A DNA stretch of 64,000 bases, from assembly GCA_963741305.1 (NCBI GenBank), contig CAVUHL010000003.1, forward strand, positions 2,959,675 through 3,023,674, read 5' to 3'. Under the pieces are notes generated by a model. That model was not told the DNA's origin. It did not search any database and saw only the letters and a list, made by a program, of their open reading frames with translations. The translations under genes were made by a program, and so were the position numbers. Positions 51,593-61,110 of this stretch are shown here, piece after piece (the first letter of the stretch is position 1; the number at the start of each line of letters is the position of its first letter). The DNA is from an uncultured Holophagales bacterium (GTDB lineage: Bacteria; Acidobacteriota; Thermoanaerobaculia; Multivoradales; UBA5704).

Positions 51593-51733
51593 CCCTCACC
51601 CCCTAACCCCCTCTCCCACACGCACTCCCACCCTCCCGGGAGAGGGGGAACCCGGATGAAGATTGCCGAAGCCGCTCCCCCCTCTCCCGGGGGTCGGGGA
51701 GTGCGTGTGGGAGAGGGGGCCAGGGGGTGAGGG
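51593..51733. repeat. CCCTCTCCC-type REP/MITE hairpin, copy 3
   Basis: Same arm family as copies 1 and 2; right arm overlaps the GTG start of the next CDS. Confidence 0.88.
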
Positions 51734-53631
51734 TCCTCGCAGCTCTCCTCCTCGTGGCAACCGGGGTCCTCGCGCAGGGGACCCCAAAATGGGCCGTCGA
51801 TCCGCAGGATCCCGGCCCCAGCCTTCCTCCGGCTGGCCACTCCCTCTTCGATTTCCTGACAGCCCGCGAGGGGGTGCCGTTCCCCTTCTCCGCGCTTCTC
51901 GCCCGGATCGAGGAGCGCCTGGGGCCGTCTCCTTTCAAAAAGGTTTTAATCCCTCTCGGGCGCTCCTTGCAGCGCAACGCCGCAGATCCCGAGTTCTTCC
52001 GCTACCCCCGAGCGGTCGTGGCCGTGGACGCCGAGGGCATCTTCAAGGACCGCCTCTATCTCGGCTATCACGAGAAGGCCGCGGTCCTCGAAGTCATCAG
52101 CTACAACGAGGCGGCCGGCCGCTTCGAGTTCCAACTCGTCCTCGACTACCGCCCCGGCGGCGCGGCGCGGGTGGTCTATGCCAACCGGGCGGTCTGCACC
52201 GCCTGCCATCAGGGGGGAGGCCCACTGTTCTCCCGCCAGGTCTGGGACGAGACGAATGCCAACCCCGAGATCGCGCGCCTCCTCGCCGCCGAGAAACGTG
52301 ACTTCTACGGCTTCCCCATCGCCCTGGGGGTCGAGGTTCCCGCGGCGATCGACGCAGCAACCGACCGGGCCAACCGCATCGCCGTCTATCAGCTTCTCTG
52401 GCGCGAGGGCTGCGGCAGCGAAGCATGCCGGGCCGCTGCTTTTACATCCGCTCTGCAGCACCGTTTGTCAGGAGGGCTCCATGAAGGAATGGGCGAGGAG
52501 CTTCGGCGCACTTGGGAGGTGCGGTGGCCCCACGGGCTCGCCATCCCCGATCCCGACATCCCGAACCGTGACCCGCTGGCCTCCCATAGGTCGAGCAGCG
52601 TGCCGGCTGCTCTCGTCCCAGTGGCCTTCGAACCCCTGAACCCGCGTCCGCCTCTGGAGGTCTGGTCGAAGGATACGGGACCCGAGCGCCTGATCGCCGG
52701 GCTGGCCGGATTCATTACGGACGAGGATGCCCGAAGGCTCGACGCGGAGCTCTTCGCCCGAGGCAAGGTCCGGGATCAACAGACCCTCCCGTGCGAGGTC
52801 TCAATCCAGCCGCGAGGCAATGGGCAAAGAGTGAAGCTCCGCTGCTCCGACGCTCTCGAAGGACGCATCTTCCTCGAAGGCTCCCAAGTCGTCGGAGGGA
52901 CGATCGAGCGGCTTGGCGAAATGAGAGATCTGGAAGTGATCGGAGGAACATCCAACCCAGGGGGTTTGGAGGTCAATCTGGTTCAGAAGCTCTCCCGCCT
53001 GCACGCCCGCCGCGCAGACGGCAACACAGTCCAGTCACTGCGGGTTCTCTACAGCGGCGAAGCCACCGTGGCCTTCCTCGACGACTTCTCTGCCGCGAAG
53101 ACCGCGGTCCACGAACTCCCGAGCGAAGCCTTCTCCTCCGCCCCCTTCCGGCGCACCGCCGTGCTCGGGGCGCTGTTTGCAAAGCTGGGGCTGGAGAGCG
53201 ACGCCTGCTGCCTGGCGGACGCCAGTCTGCCGCCCCCGGTCCTGGAGACCGGTAGGGCTGTTGCCGACTTTCCGGAGCCGGCCATCCGCGCGCTCTTCCA
53301 GTACTGCGGCCGCTGCCATGCCACGCCGGAAGTCTCGCCCCCCAACTTCCTCTATGGAGACGTGGAGAGGGTGCGGGCCAACCTCGCCCACTGCGCGGAG
53401 CGGATCTTCTACCGCCTCGACCTCTGGCGCCTGCCCGGGCCAGAACGGTCGAAAACCCCGATGCCGCCGGTCCACGCGCTCCCCTCCCTTGGCCTGGCAC
53501 CGGGAGATCCACGCCTCACCCTGCTCCGGCAGCATGCCGCCGGCCTCCTGAGCCAGGAGACCGGGCGGGAGCCGCGCCTCGCGGACTTCGAAACCCGGGG
53601 CTACGAAAGCCTGCGGAGCTGCCTGCCCTGA
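51727..53631 (+). CDS. Exported c-type cytochrome of unknown function
   Basis: Signal peptide; CTACHQ and CGRCH heme-binding motifs. Confidence 0.75.
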   Translation: MRVLAALLLVATGVLAQGTPKWAVDPQDPGPSLPPAGHSLFDFLTAREGVPFPFSALLARIEERLGPSPFKKVLIPLGRSLQRNAADPEFFRYPRAVVAVDAEGIFKDRLYLGYHEKAAVLEVISYNEAAGRFEFQLVLDYRPGGAARVVYANRAVCTACHQGGGPLFSRQVWDETNANPEIARLLAAEKRDFYGFPIALGVEVPAAIDAATDRANRIAVYQLLWREGCGSEACRAAAFTSALQHRLSGGLHEGMGEELRRTWEVRWPHGLAIPDPDIPNRDPLASHRSSSVPAALVPVAFEPLNPRPPLEVWSKDTGPERLIAGLAGFITDEDARRLDAELFARGKVRDQQTLPCEVSIQPRGNGQRVKLRCSDALEGRIFLEGSQVVGGTIERLGEMRDLEVIGGTSNPGGLEVNLVQKLSRLHARRADGNTVQSLRVLYSGEATVAFLDDFSAAKTAVHELPSEAFSSAPFRRTAVLGALFAKLGLESDACCLADASLPPPVLETGRAVADFPEPAIRALFQYCGRCHATPEVSPPNFLYGDVERVRANLAHCAERIFYRLDLWRLPGPERSKTPMPPVHALPSLGLAPGDPRLTLLRQHAAGLLSQETGREPRLADFETRGYESLRSCLP

Positions 53632-53649
53632 GGTATGATCCGCCAGTAG

Positions 53650-54702
53650 ATGGACCCCCGCTCCCCCCTCGCCGTCCTTCTCCTGTCCGCAGTCGTTGTA
53701 ACCGGCTGTGCCGGCAGGCAAAAGCCGGCAACCGCACCGTCCGAAGCCTCCGAAGCTCAACCGCCGGCCGCCGCCGTGGAGCCGTCTCTGCGCGAGCTTT
53801 GCCGGGAGGGCAAGCCGATCGAAGAGAACCTGCTCGACAACAGCCGCCGCAGGCTCGAAGAAACCTTCTGCGGCGCCACGCTCTGGTTCGACGGGCTTTT
53901 CGGTCAGCCCAACCTCGAGAACGCCCGCGCCGTATCCGGCCGCGTCGAGCTGTCCACGATCTACACCCAAGCAGATGGAACCGAGCCCCGGGCCCGGCTC
54001 CGCCTCAAATACGACCTGCCGAACCTCGACAAGCGGGTCAACCTCTTCCTCGGCCGGGACGACCGCGACGATTTCGTACAGGGACGCCAGGAAGGCTTTG
54101 CCATCCGCTCGTCGGTGTTCGGCGTGGAAACCCAGGACCGGTGGTTGGCCGGGCTCGGGTATTCACCGCCCGGGCGATGGAAGGAACGCCTCGACTTCCG
54201 CGTCGGCGGCCGCCTGAGCTCGGCTCCCGAAGTCTTCGTACAGGGCCGCTTGCGGCGCAACGTATTCCTGGGCGACCGATCGGTCTGGCGCTTTCGCGAG
54301 ACCGTCTTCTATGAAAACCGCGACGGTTTCGGCTCGACCACGAGCGCCGACTTCGATCACGTCCTGCGGCGGACGCTCCTCTTTCACTGGGGGACGGTGG
54401 GCACGGCCTCGGAAGCCACCGACGGTCTGGACTGGCGTTCGGCGACGGTGCTCTATCAGAACCTCGGATCGAGGTCGGCGCTCGCCTACGAGCTGTTCCT
54501 CCGCGGCTCGACCGGCGACGACGTCGAAGTGCGCGAGTACGGCGCCCGCGGCGTGTACCGGCGGCCCTTGAACCGCGAGTGGCTCTACGGCGAGCTGATC
54601 GGCGGCTACACCTGGCCCCGCGAGTCGATCGACGAGCAGCGCGAGGGCTCGGTGCTGGTCGGTTTCGGCCTCGAGCTGCTGTTCGGCCGAGATCCCTACT
54701 GA
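53650..54702 (+). CDS. Lipoprotein / probable outer-membrane beta-barrel
   Basis: VTGC lipobox; alternating beta strands; near-terminal GFGLELLFG. Confidence 0.7.
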   Translation: MDPRSPLAVLLLSAVVVTGCAGRQKPATAPSEASEAQPPAAAVEPSLRELCREGKPIEENLLDNSRRRLEETFCGATLWFDGLFGQPNLENARAVSGRVELSTIYTQADGTEPRARLRLKYDLPNLDKRVNLFLGRDDRDDFVQGRQEGFAIRSSVFGVETQDRWLAGLGYSPPGRWKERLDFRVGGRLSSAPEVFVQGRLRRNVFLGDRSVWRFRETVFYENRDGFGSTTSADFDHVLRRTLLFHWGTVGTASEATDGLDWRSATVLYQNLGSRSALAYELFLRGSTGDDVEVREYGARGVYRRPLNREWLYGELIGGYTWPRESIDEQREGSVLVGFGLELLFGRDPY

Positions 54703-54703
54703 T

Positions 54704-55759
54704 TCATCGAGCCCCTCTTGGGTCGCCCGACCTCTTGAAATAATCCCTGAGCGCATCCGGCCGGTATTTCGAGTCGCCGTCCCACTTCGCCCGCACGCTG
54801 TCGTGGACCGCCTGGGTCGGATCCGCCTGATCGGGATTCTGGGCCGCCCTGCCGATGGGCCGATCGAGCCCGGGAGTCACGCTGTACAGCCCCGTTTTGG
54901 AGTTGTGGATCTCCTGGAGGGGCTGCGGACCGAGAGGCAGCTTCTGCACGACGTTCTGGTCGAAGACGAGGCCGGCCTCCGTCGCCCGGTCGATCATCCA
55001 TTGGAGCGCGATGTCCGAAAGCCCGGGCTCCGCGTATCCGCCACCCACGTCGCTGTGGGCGCCACAGAACCAAACCTGCTCGATCCTCTGCGGCGGCTTG
55101 GGCTTGAAATCCCAGAGCGTCGGCTCGAAAGGAGCACGGTGCTCGTCGATGGCCAGGGCATGGAAAGCGTTCTTGACCGCTCCGCTCAGCTCCGTGTCAT
55201 GAAACTGATGTTTTCTGCGCGTCAAACCGCGCAACCCGCGCAGGGGGATGCCCAGCGATCCGACCGTATCCCAGACGCCGACGCACTGGATCTCGATGTC
55301 CTCGGCGACCGAATTCTCCTTGCGGAAGCCCACCGCCTGCTGATCGGTCGGCTTGGTCTCCGAATGGTACAGGTTCACCGCGTCGCGGTAGTGCCGGACG
55401 CCCTCCCGGCGCAGGATGCCGCACTTGCGGATCATCCCGCCGAGGCTCCGCGCCGTGTACGCCCCACGGCTGAACCCGAAGAGGAAGACCTGGTCCCCCT
55501 CCTCGTAGTTCGCCACGAGGAAGCGGTAAGCATCGAGAATGTTGTCCGCGAGCCCGTCTCCGAAAGCGCCGCCCGAGTAGCGGTCGACGACGTTGCCGGT
55601 CCCGACCCCCTGGTCGTAGAACGTGATCTGCGGAATCGCACCGTCGCGCTTGGCGATCCGGTAGGCGATCTTCACCACGTTGGTGGGACACGGGACTCCG
55701 TTACGCTCCTGGTCCACCCGGTTCCAGGTGCCGTCGCAGCAGACGATCAGTCGTTTCAT
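54704..55759 (-). CDS. DUF2235 alpha/beta hydrolase (Tle1-like)
   Basis: CCDGTWN, YDQGVGT, GFSRGA, VWDTVG, HALAIDEHR, WFCGAHSDVGGG. Confidence 0.92.
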   Translation of the reverse strand: MKRLIVCCDGTWNRVDQERNGVPCPTNVVKIAYRIAKRDGAIPQITFYDQGVGTGNVVDRYSGGAFGDGLADNILDAYRFLVANYEEGDQVFLFGFSRGAYTARSLGGMIRKCGILRREGVRHYRDAVNLYHSETKPTDQQAVGFRKENSVAEDIEIQCVGVWDTVGSLGIPLRGLRGLTRRKHQFHDTELSGAVKNAFHALAIDEHRAPFEPTLWDFKPKPPQRIEQVWFCGAHSDVGGGYAEPGLSDIALQWMIDRATEAGLVFDQNVVQKLPLGPQPLQEIHNSKTGLYSVTPGLDRPIGRAAQNPDQADPTQAVHDSVRAKWDGDSKYRPDALRDYFKRSGDPRGAR

Positions 55760-55815
55760 ATCAGGCCTCCATCCAATAGGCGTATCGGGCAGGCACTTTG
55801 CTACATCTCGGCCGC

Positions 55816-56562
55816 ATGGCCACCGAAGTCCAGGACTACTATCATCGCATCCTTCCCTTCTACGACGCCGAGCTGAGCGGACGGGGGGACGAGGACTTCT
55901 GGGTCCGCATGGCGCCAGGATACCGAGTTCTGGAGTTGGGAGCGGGCACTGGCCGGGCCACTCGCTTCCTCGCGCGGAAGGCGGCGCGCGTGGTGGCCTC
56001 CGAGCTCAGCCCCGAGCTGCTCGCCCAGGCCCACCGCAAGCTGCGCGGTCTTCCCCACATCCATCTCCTCGCCGCCGACATGCGTGAGCTGAGCCTGCGA
56101 GAGAAATTCGATCTGATCGCTGCCGTGGACGACCCCTTCGTCCATCTTACCGAAGACGAGGACCGCGAGCGTGCCTTCACCATGGTTGCCGAGCACCTCG
56201 CCCCCGGAGGCCGCTTCGTCCTGGACACGGCCTGGTTCCCGCCCGAAGACCGGGAAAATGCCGCCGATACAGCGGATGGTCTGGTCAAGGAGCATGCGAC
56301 CCCGGACGGCAAGCTCTGCGTGCGGGAAGTCTGGCACTGCGATCCCGGCACCCGCCTCTGCACCGCGCGCTTCGAGTACCGGCAGGATGGAGAGCTGGCG
56401 GCCGAGGCCTCTTTCCCCGGCCGCCTCTGGTCCCTCGAAGAGCTGGAAGGCCGCGCTCGCGCTGCTGGCCTCCGGATCACCCACCTCTGGGGCGGCTACG
56501 ACCGCCGCCCCTGGGACCGCGCCACGTCTCCACGGCTCATCGCCGAGATGGCTACTTCTTGA
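55816..56562 (+). CDS. Class I SAM-dependent methyltransferase
   Basis: VLELGAGTGR, ADMREL, HLAPGGRF. Confidence 0.9.
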   Translation: MATEVQDYYHRILPFYDAELSGRGDEDFWVRMAPGYRVLELGAGTGRATRFLARKAARVVASELSPELLAQAHRKLRGLPHIHLLAADMRELSLREKFDLIAAVDDPFVHLTEDEDRERAFTMVAEHLAPGGRFVLDTAWFPPEDRENAADTADGLVKEHATPDGKLCVREVWHCDPGTRLCTARFEYRQDGELAAEASFPGRLWSLEELEGRARAAGLRITHLWGGYDRRPWDRATSPRLIAEMATS

Positions 56563-58750
56563 ATCCAAGCCGGTCGATGAAACCATCGAGCTCGGAGCTG
56601 CCAGCCGGTGGCGCCTCCAGCCGGTAGTAGCGGACCTTGCCCGTCTTCCTCTGCTGGACCCACACCTCCAGCGTCGCGGGTTCGAAGCGGGCCATCGCCG
56701 GCCAGAAATAACCGTTGGGCTTGGGACCCGTCACACGGACGAGCACATCGGTCCGGCCCGGCACGGCGCCGCTCAGGCAGAAGGTCTCCGCGATGCAAGG
56801 CTCCCTGCGCAGGATCCGGCTTGTCCCGTTCGACGTAAGCCGTGCCTGAACCCGGAAGCCCGGGATCCCCTTGGCCTCGATCCAGCGGCCCGGCGGCTGA
56901 GGCGTCCTGGGTTTCTTGGCCTGACCCACGGCAGCCTCCAGCGAGCCCGGGAAGCTCCCAAAGCTATCCAGGATGCCCTTGAGAGTGGAGCCGGCCGGGT
57001 CGGAACTATCCAGACGGTAGTGGCGGAGGAGGCCCCTCGCGGTCTGCAGGACCCAGACGTCGGCGGCGGAGGGCGTGAGCTTGATCAGCCGGAGGCGTGG
57101 GTCGTTGGGCTCGAAAATCCGCAGGAAGACCTCCGAACGGCCCGGCAGCGCGCCGCTGACACATAGGGTCGAGGCCATGCACGCCGCCTCCTGCCGGCCC
57201 ACGGTCAGACCATCGATCTGCACCTTGAAGCGGAAGCCGGGAACACGGGCCGACTCCAGCCAGACGCTCTGCGGCGGCGGAACCGGAGCCGTCACCGGCA
57301 GCGACGATAGGGTGCTCCTGAAAGCGGGGTCCATCGTCACGATAAGGAGATGGTTGGCCAAGGGAACGACACGGATGTCTCCAACCAACGACGAGAACTG
57401 CGCGGCCAGAAAGGCGCCGTCCTGGCTTCCATCGGACAACCAGATCTGGTCGCCTATCACCAGCACCAGCCAGCCGGCCACCTCTCCACGAAAGACTGGA
57501 GCGGCGCTGCACCCGGGACAGCCGATGCGACGGGTTCCCGCGGCGGTTCCGTCGGTGGACCAGAGCCCCTGGCCGTTGGCCTGGAGCACGACTCGTCCGG
57601 CGAAGACCCCGAGAAACACCGGGGAGGAGTCGCACGGCCCCGGGCAGAGATCGGCGATCCTCCTCGTGCCCTCAGGAGTGCCGTTGGACAGCCAGGGCTC
57701 CAGCCCGTATCCCCCCTCGGATAGGGAGAAGACGACGCAGTCGCCGAACGCGAGCAGCTTGAAATCGCCCGGCTCCGCCGTCTCCAGAACCTGGACGGCT
57801 TCCCCCGCATCACCCTCGGCCACCCAGAGCTGCCTGTTCTGCAAGCCCACGTCCTCGAGCGCCACGAAGAAACGCCGGCCCGCCGCGGCATACCCGAGGA
57901 GGCGCGACGACGGGAGCTCCAGCACCCGCGAGGTCCCGGCTTCCGTCCCATCGCTGCGCCAGAGCTCCACCCCCGCGGCCGTTTCCGCGAGAAGGAAGAG
58001 ACCGTCGCCCGCCCTGGTCAGCGCGACAATTCCTGCACCCAGGTGATAGAAGCTCTCGACCCGCTCGGTCCCTTCCGGTGTTCCGTCGCTGCGCCAGAGC
58101 TCCTTGCCCTGCGGCATGTCGGCAAGGAAGAAAAGCTGTCCTCCGAGCGTGATCATGGAGCTGGGGTTCGAGGAGCCTTGCGGGTTGACGTCCTTGACGA
58201 ACCGAGTCCCTTCGGCAGTCCCATCGGTCGCCCATAGCTCGTAGTCGGGCTCCGCCGCCTCCTCGCCCGCGGAGAAGAACACGAGCCCGGTCTCCGGGAT
58301 CGCCAGGCTGGTGGGTGACATTCCGACGCCGCCGGGAGCGTCGATCGCAAAGCTCAACGGCTGGGTCAGGGGGATTGTGCCTTCAACGGTGCCGTCGCTG
58401 CGCCAGAGAACCCGGGGAACCTCGTTAATGGTGCGCGCCCCCGTGAAAAAGAGGCGGGAGCCCTGAACGGTCCAGTAACGGACGCCCGGAACCGAGCGGG
58501 GGGCCGTTGTAGCGATCTGAAACGTCCCTCCGGCGGTGCCGTCGGTCCGCCAGAGCGTTTCGTTTTCCAGGGGGGGGTTGACGGTGAAATAGGCCAGGTC
58601 GCCGGCTCGGACGAAATTAAAGAGGCCCGTGAGATAGAAGGACCGGAGTTGCTGCACGGGGCCGATCGAGCCCTCCCCTGCAGCAGCGGTGGGAAGAAAG
58701 ACGAGACAGACCAGGAGGAGACTCAGGAAGAATCTTCTGTTTGCGCTCAT
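56552..58750 (-). CDS. Secreted ELWxxDGT-repeat protein with duplicated C-terminal domain
   Basis: Signal peptide; repeated LW(R/A)(S/T)DGT..GT; two PGFR.....LC/FC.SGA.PGR repeats. Confidence 0.88.
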   Translation of the reverse strand: MSANRRFFLSLLLVCLVFLPTAAAGEGSIGPVQQLRSFYLTGLFNFVRAGDLAYFTVNPPLENETLWRTDGTAGGTFQIATTAPRSVPGVRYWTVQGSRLFFTGARTINEVPRVLWRSDGTVEGTIPLTQPLSFAIDAPGGVGMSPTSLAIPETGLVFFSAGEEAAEPDYELWATDGTAEGTRFVKDVNPQGSSNPSSMITLGGQLFFLADMPQGKELWRSDGTPEGTERVESFYHLGAGIVALTRAGDGLFLLAETAAGVELWRSDGTEAGTSRVLELPSSRLLGYAAAGRRFFVALEDVGLQNRQLWVAEGDAGEAVQVLETAEPGDFKLLAFGDCVVFSLSEGGYGLEPWLSNGTPEGTRRIADLCPGPCDSSPVFLGVFAGRVVLQANGQGLWSTDGTAAGTRRIGCPGCSAAPVFRGEVAGWLVLVIGDQIWLSDGSQDGAFLAAQFSSLVGDIRVVPLANHLLIVTMDPAFRSTLSSLPVTAPVPPPQSVWLESARVPGFRFKVQIDGLTVGRQEAACMASTLCVSGALPGRSEVFLRIFEPNDPRLRLIKLTPSAADVWVLQTARGLLRHYRLDSSDPAGSTLKGILDSFGSFPGSLEAAVGQAKKPRTPQPPGRWIEAKGIPGFRVQARLTSNGTSRILRREPCIAETFCLSGAVPGRTDVLVRVTGPKPNGYFWPAMARFEPATLEVWVQQRKTGKVRYYRLEAPPAGSSELDGFIDRLGFKK

Positions 58751-58838
58751 GTCCTATTATACGGCGGTCCCTGAAACACTGTTTACCCCATGGATGACGA
58801 TAGTATGGCGCGGTGCGCAGAATGGAATGGAGTCAAGC

Positions 58839-60149
58839 ATGGAAGAGTACATAGAACGCGTCGTGGACCTGACTGACACCGCCGCCAACCGGATCTACAA
58901 ACTGAGCACGGAAGAGGCGCGAGCGCGCCTCTTCGAAGGCACGGTCTCGGATATCGAGGGCTCGTTCGCCCTGGTGGCGAAGGCAGGGAGGACGGTGCGC
59001 ATGGCGCGCTCGCTCGACCGGCCCCTGCGCTACTTCCTCGCCAAGAGACAGGAAGGCCCGGCCCTCGTCGCGGCCGACCGGATCGACGCGATCCATGCCT
59101 GGCTGGCGGCCGAAGGGCTCGACGGCCAGTTCCATCCCTCCTACACCCGCATGGTGCCGGCTCACCACGTGGTCGAGATCGAATTGATCGGCTGCCCGGA
59201 CCCGGCCCCGGTGTACACGCGCTTCTTCACGCCGGAGCGCAACACGTTCGGCACCGACCTCGACGAGATCGGCCGGGCCTACATCGGCGCCCTGGCCGAG
59301 GAGACCGCGCAGTGGCTTCGCCAGGTACCCACGCACGAGCCGCTCGGCGTCTGCTTCTCGGGCGGGATCGACAGCGGCGCCGTCTTCCTCGTCACCTATC
59401 ACGTTATGCAGAAGCTGGGCATGAACCCGTCTCGGCTCAAGGCGTTCACGCTCGACCTGGGAGACGGTCCGGACCGGGAGCAGGCGCGCGCCTTTCTCGA
59501 CCGGCTCGGTCTAGGGCTCTTCCTCGAAACCGTGGAAGCAGATCCCGCAGATCTCGACGCCGCCGAAGCGATCCGCGTGCTCGAGGACTACAAGCCACTC
59601 GACGTCGAATGCGCAGCCGTGGGCCTGGCCCTGTGTGAAGGCATCCGCCGCCGCTATCCGGAGTGGCGCCATCTGATCAATGGCGACGGCGGCGACGAGA
59701 ACCTCAAGGATTATCCCATCGAAGAGAACGCGGAGCTGACCATCCGCAGCGTGATCCACAACTCGATGCTCTACCAGGAAGGCTGGGGCGTCGGAAAGAT
59801 GAAACATTCGCTCACCTATAGCGGCGGTCTCAGCCGCGCCTATGCTCGCACCTACGCTCCGGCGCGCCGCTACGGCTTCGAAGGGTTCAGCCCGTTCACC
59901 CGTCCCTCGGTGATCGCGGTGGCTGAAGGCATACCGTTCATCGAGCTGACCGATCACGACGTGGCGCGGCTCTATGCCCTCAAGGGCGAGATCGTGGCGC
60001 GCGGCGTCCGGGCGATCACCGGGATGGAGATGCCGGTCTTTCCCAAGCGGCGCTTCCAGCACGGAGCGCTACCGGCCGAAAAGCTCCGCGAGCAGCTGCC
60101 CTCCCGCGAGGCCGACTACCGTCGGCAGTTCCATGCCCTCTATGCCTGA
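58839..60149 (+). CDS. Asparagine-synthetase-related ATP-dependent ligase
   Basis: FSGGIDS PP-loop, GDGGDE, K..FQ.G; no N-terminal Cys nucleophile. Confidence 0.8.
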   Translation: MEEYIERVVDLTDTAANRIYKLSTEEARARLFEGTVSDIEGSFALVAKAGRTVRMARSLDRPLRYFLAKRQEGPALVAADRIDAIHAWLAAEGLDGQFHPSYTRMVPAHHVVEIELIGCPDPAPVYTRFFTPERNTFGTDLDEIGRAYIGALAEETAQWLRQVPTHEPLGVCFSGGIDSGAVFLVTYHVMQKLGMNPSRLKAFTLDLGDGPDREQARAFLDRLGLGLFLETVEADPADLDAAEAIRVLEDYKPLDVECAAVGLALCEGIRRRYPEWRHLINGDGGDENLKDYPIEENAELTIRSVIHNSMLYQEGWGVGKMKHSLTYSGGLSRAYARTYAPARRYGFEGFSPFTRPSVIAVAEGIPFIELTDHDVARLYALKGEIVARGVRAITGMEMPVFPKRRFQHGALPAEKLREQLPSREADYRRQFHALYA

Positions 60150-61110
60150 GGCAGGCTACCCGGAGCGGCCCGCCGAGCGCAACCGCTGGATCCTCGCCCG
60201 CCGGGGAGCCCGCAACGCGCTCGATCCGAGGCGACCGTACGCCTACCTCTTGGAAGACGAGCGCGCCGAGGACGGCTCCGTGGTGCCGGTCGCCACCATC
60301 TTCCTGACCAATCGGGAATGCCCCTGGCGCTGCCTGATGTGCGATCTCTGGCAGAACACCCTCACCGAAAGGCTGCCGCCCGGGGCCATCCCCGAGCAGA
60401 TCGATCACGCTCTCGCGCACCTCGCCCCCGCGCGCCAGATCAAGCTCTACAACAGCGGTAGCTTCTTCGACTCGCAGGCCATCCCCGTCGAAGATTATGA
60501 AGCCATCGCCCGGCGCGTCGCGGGCTTTGAGCGGGTCGTGGTCGAGTCGCACCCGGCGCTCGTGGGACCCCGCTGTGTCCATCTAAGGGACTTGCTGAGC
60601 CCAGCCCAATTGGAAGTCGCGATGGGGTTGGAGACCGTCCATCCCGAGGCCGGGCCGCGCCTCAACAAGCGCATGACGCTCGATCAATTCGCGCGGGCGG
60701 CGGACTTCCTCCAAGAGATCGGCGCGGCGCTGAGAGTCTTCATCCTGGTCAAGCCGCCCTTTCTCGAAGAGGCGGAGGCTCTGGAATGGGCCGTGCGCTC
60801 GCTCGATTTCGCTTTCGATTGCGGCGCCAGCGTGGCCGCCCTCATCCCGACCCGTTTCGGCAATGGCGCGATGGAAGCCCTGGGTGAACAGGGGCATTTC
60901 TCGCCGCCCGCGCTCGCCACGCTCGAAGCCGCTCTCGCTTCGGGCATTGCACAAGGCCGCGGACGCGTCTTCGCTGACCTCTGGGATCTGGAAAGGTTTT
61001 CCAACTGCCACCACTGCTTCGCGGCGCGGGCCGAACGGCTCCAGATCATGAACCTGCAACAGACCATTCCACCGCTCCCCCACTGTAATCATTGCGGGGG
61101 CAACGCCTGA
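60142..61110 (+). CDS. Radical SAM protein (RaSEA/TIGR01210-like)
   Basis: CPWRCLMC (CxxxCxxC), KLYNSGSFFD, VESHP, GLET, LVKPPFL. Confidence 0.85.
   Translation: MPEAGYPERPAERNRWILARRGARNALDPRRPYAYLLEDERAEDGSVVPVATIFLTNRECPWRCLMCDLWQNTLTERLPPGAIPEQIDHALAHLAPARQIKLYNSGSFFDSQAIPVEDYEAIARRVAGFERVVVESHPALVGPRCVHLRDLLSPAQLEVAMGLETVHPEAGPRLNKRMTLDQFARAADFLQEIGAALRVFILVKPPFLEEAEALEWAVRSLDFAFDCGASVAALIPTRFGNGAMEALGEQGHFSPPALATLEAALASGIAQGRGRVFADLWDLERFSNCHHCFAARAERLQIMNLQQTIPPLPHCNHCGGNA

Noticed and set aside
54704-55759. T6SS effector-immunity locus
   Set aside because: DUF2235 is present, but there is no vgrG, PAAR or adjacent co-directional immunity gene.
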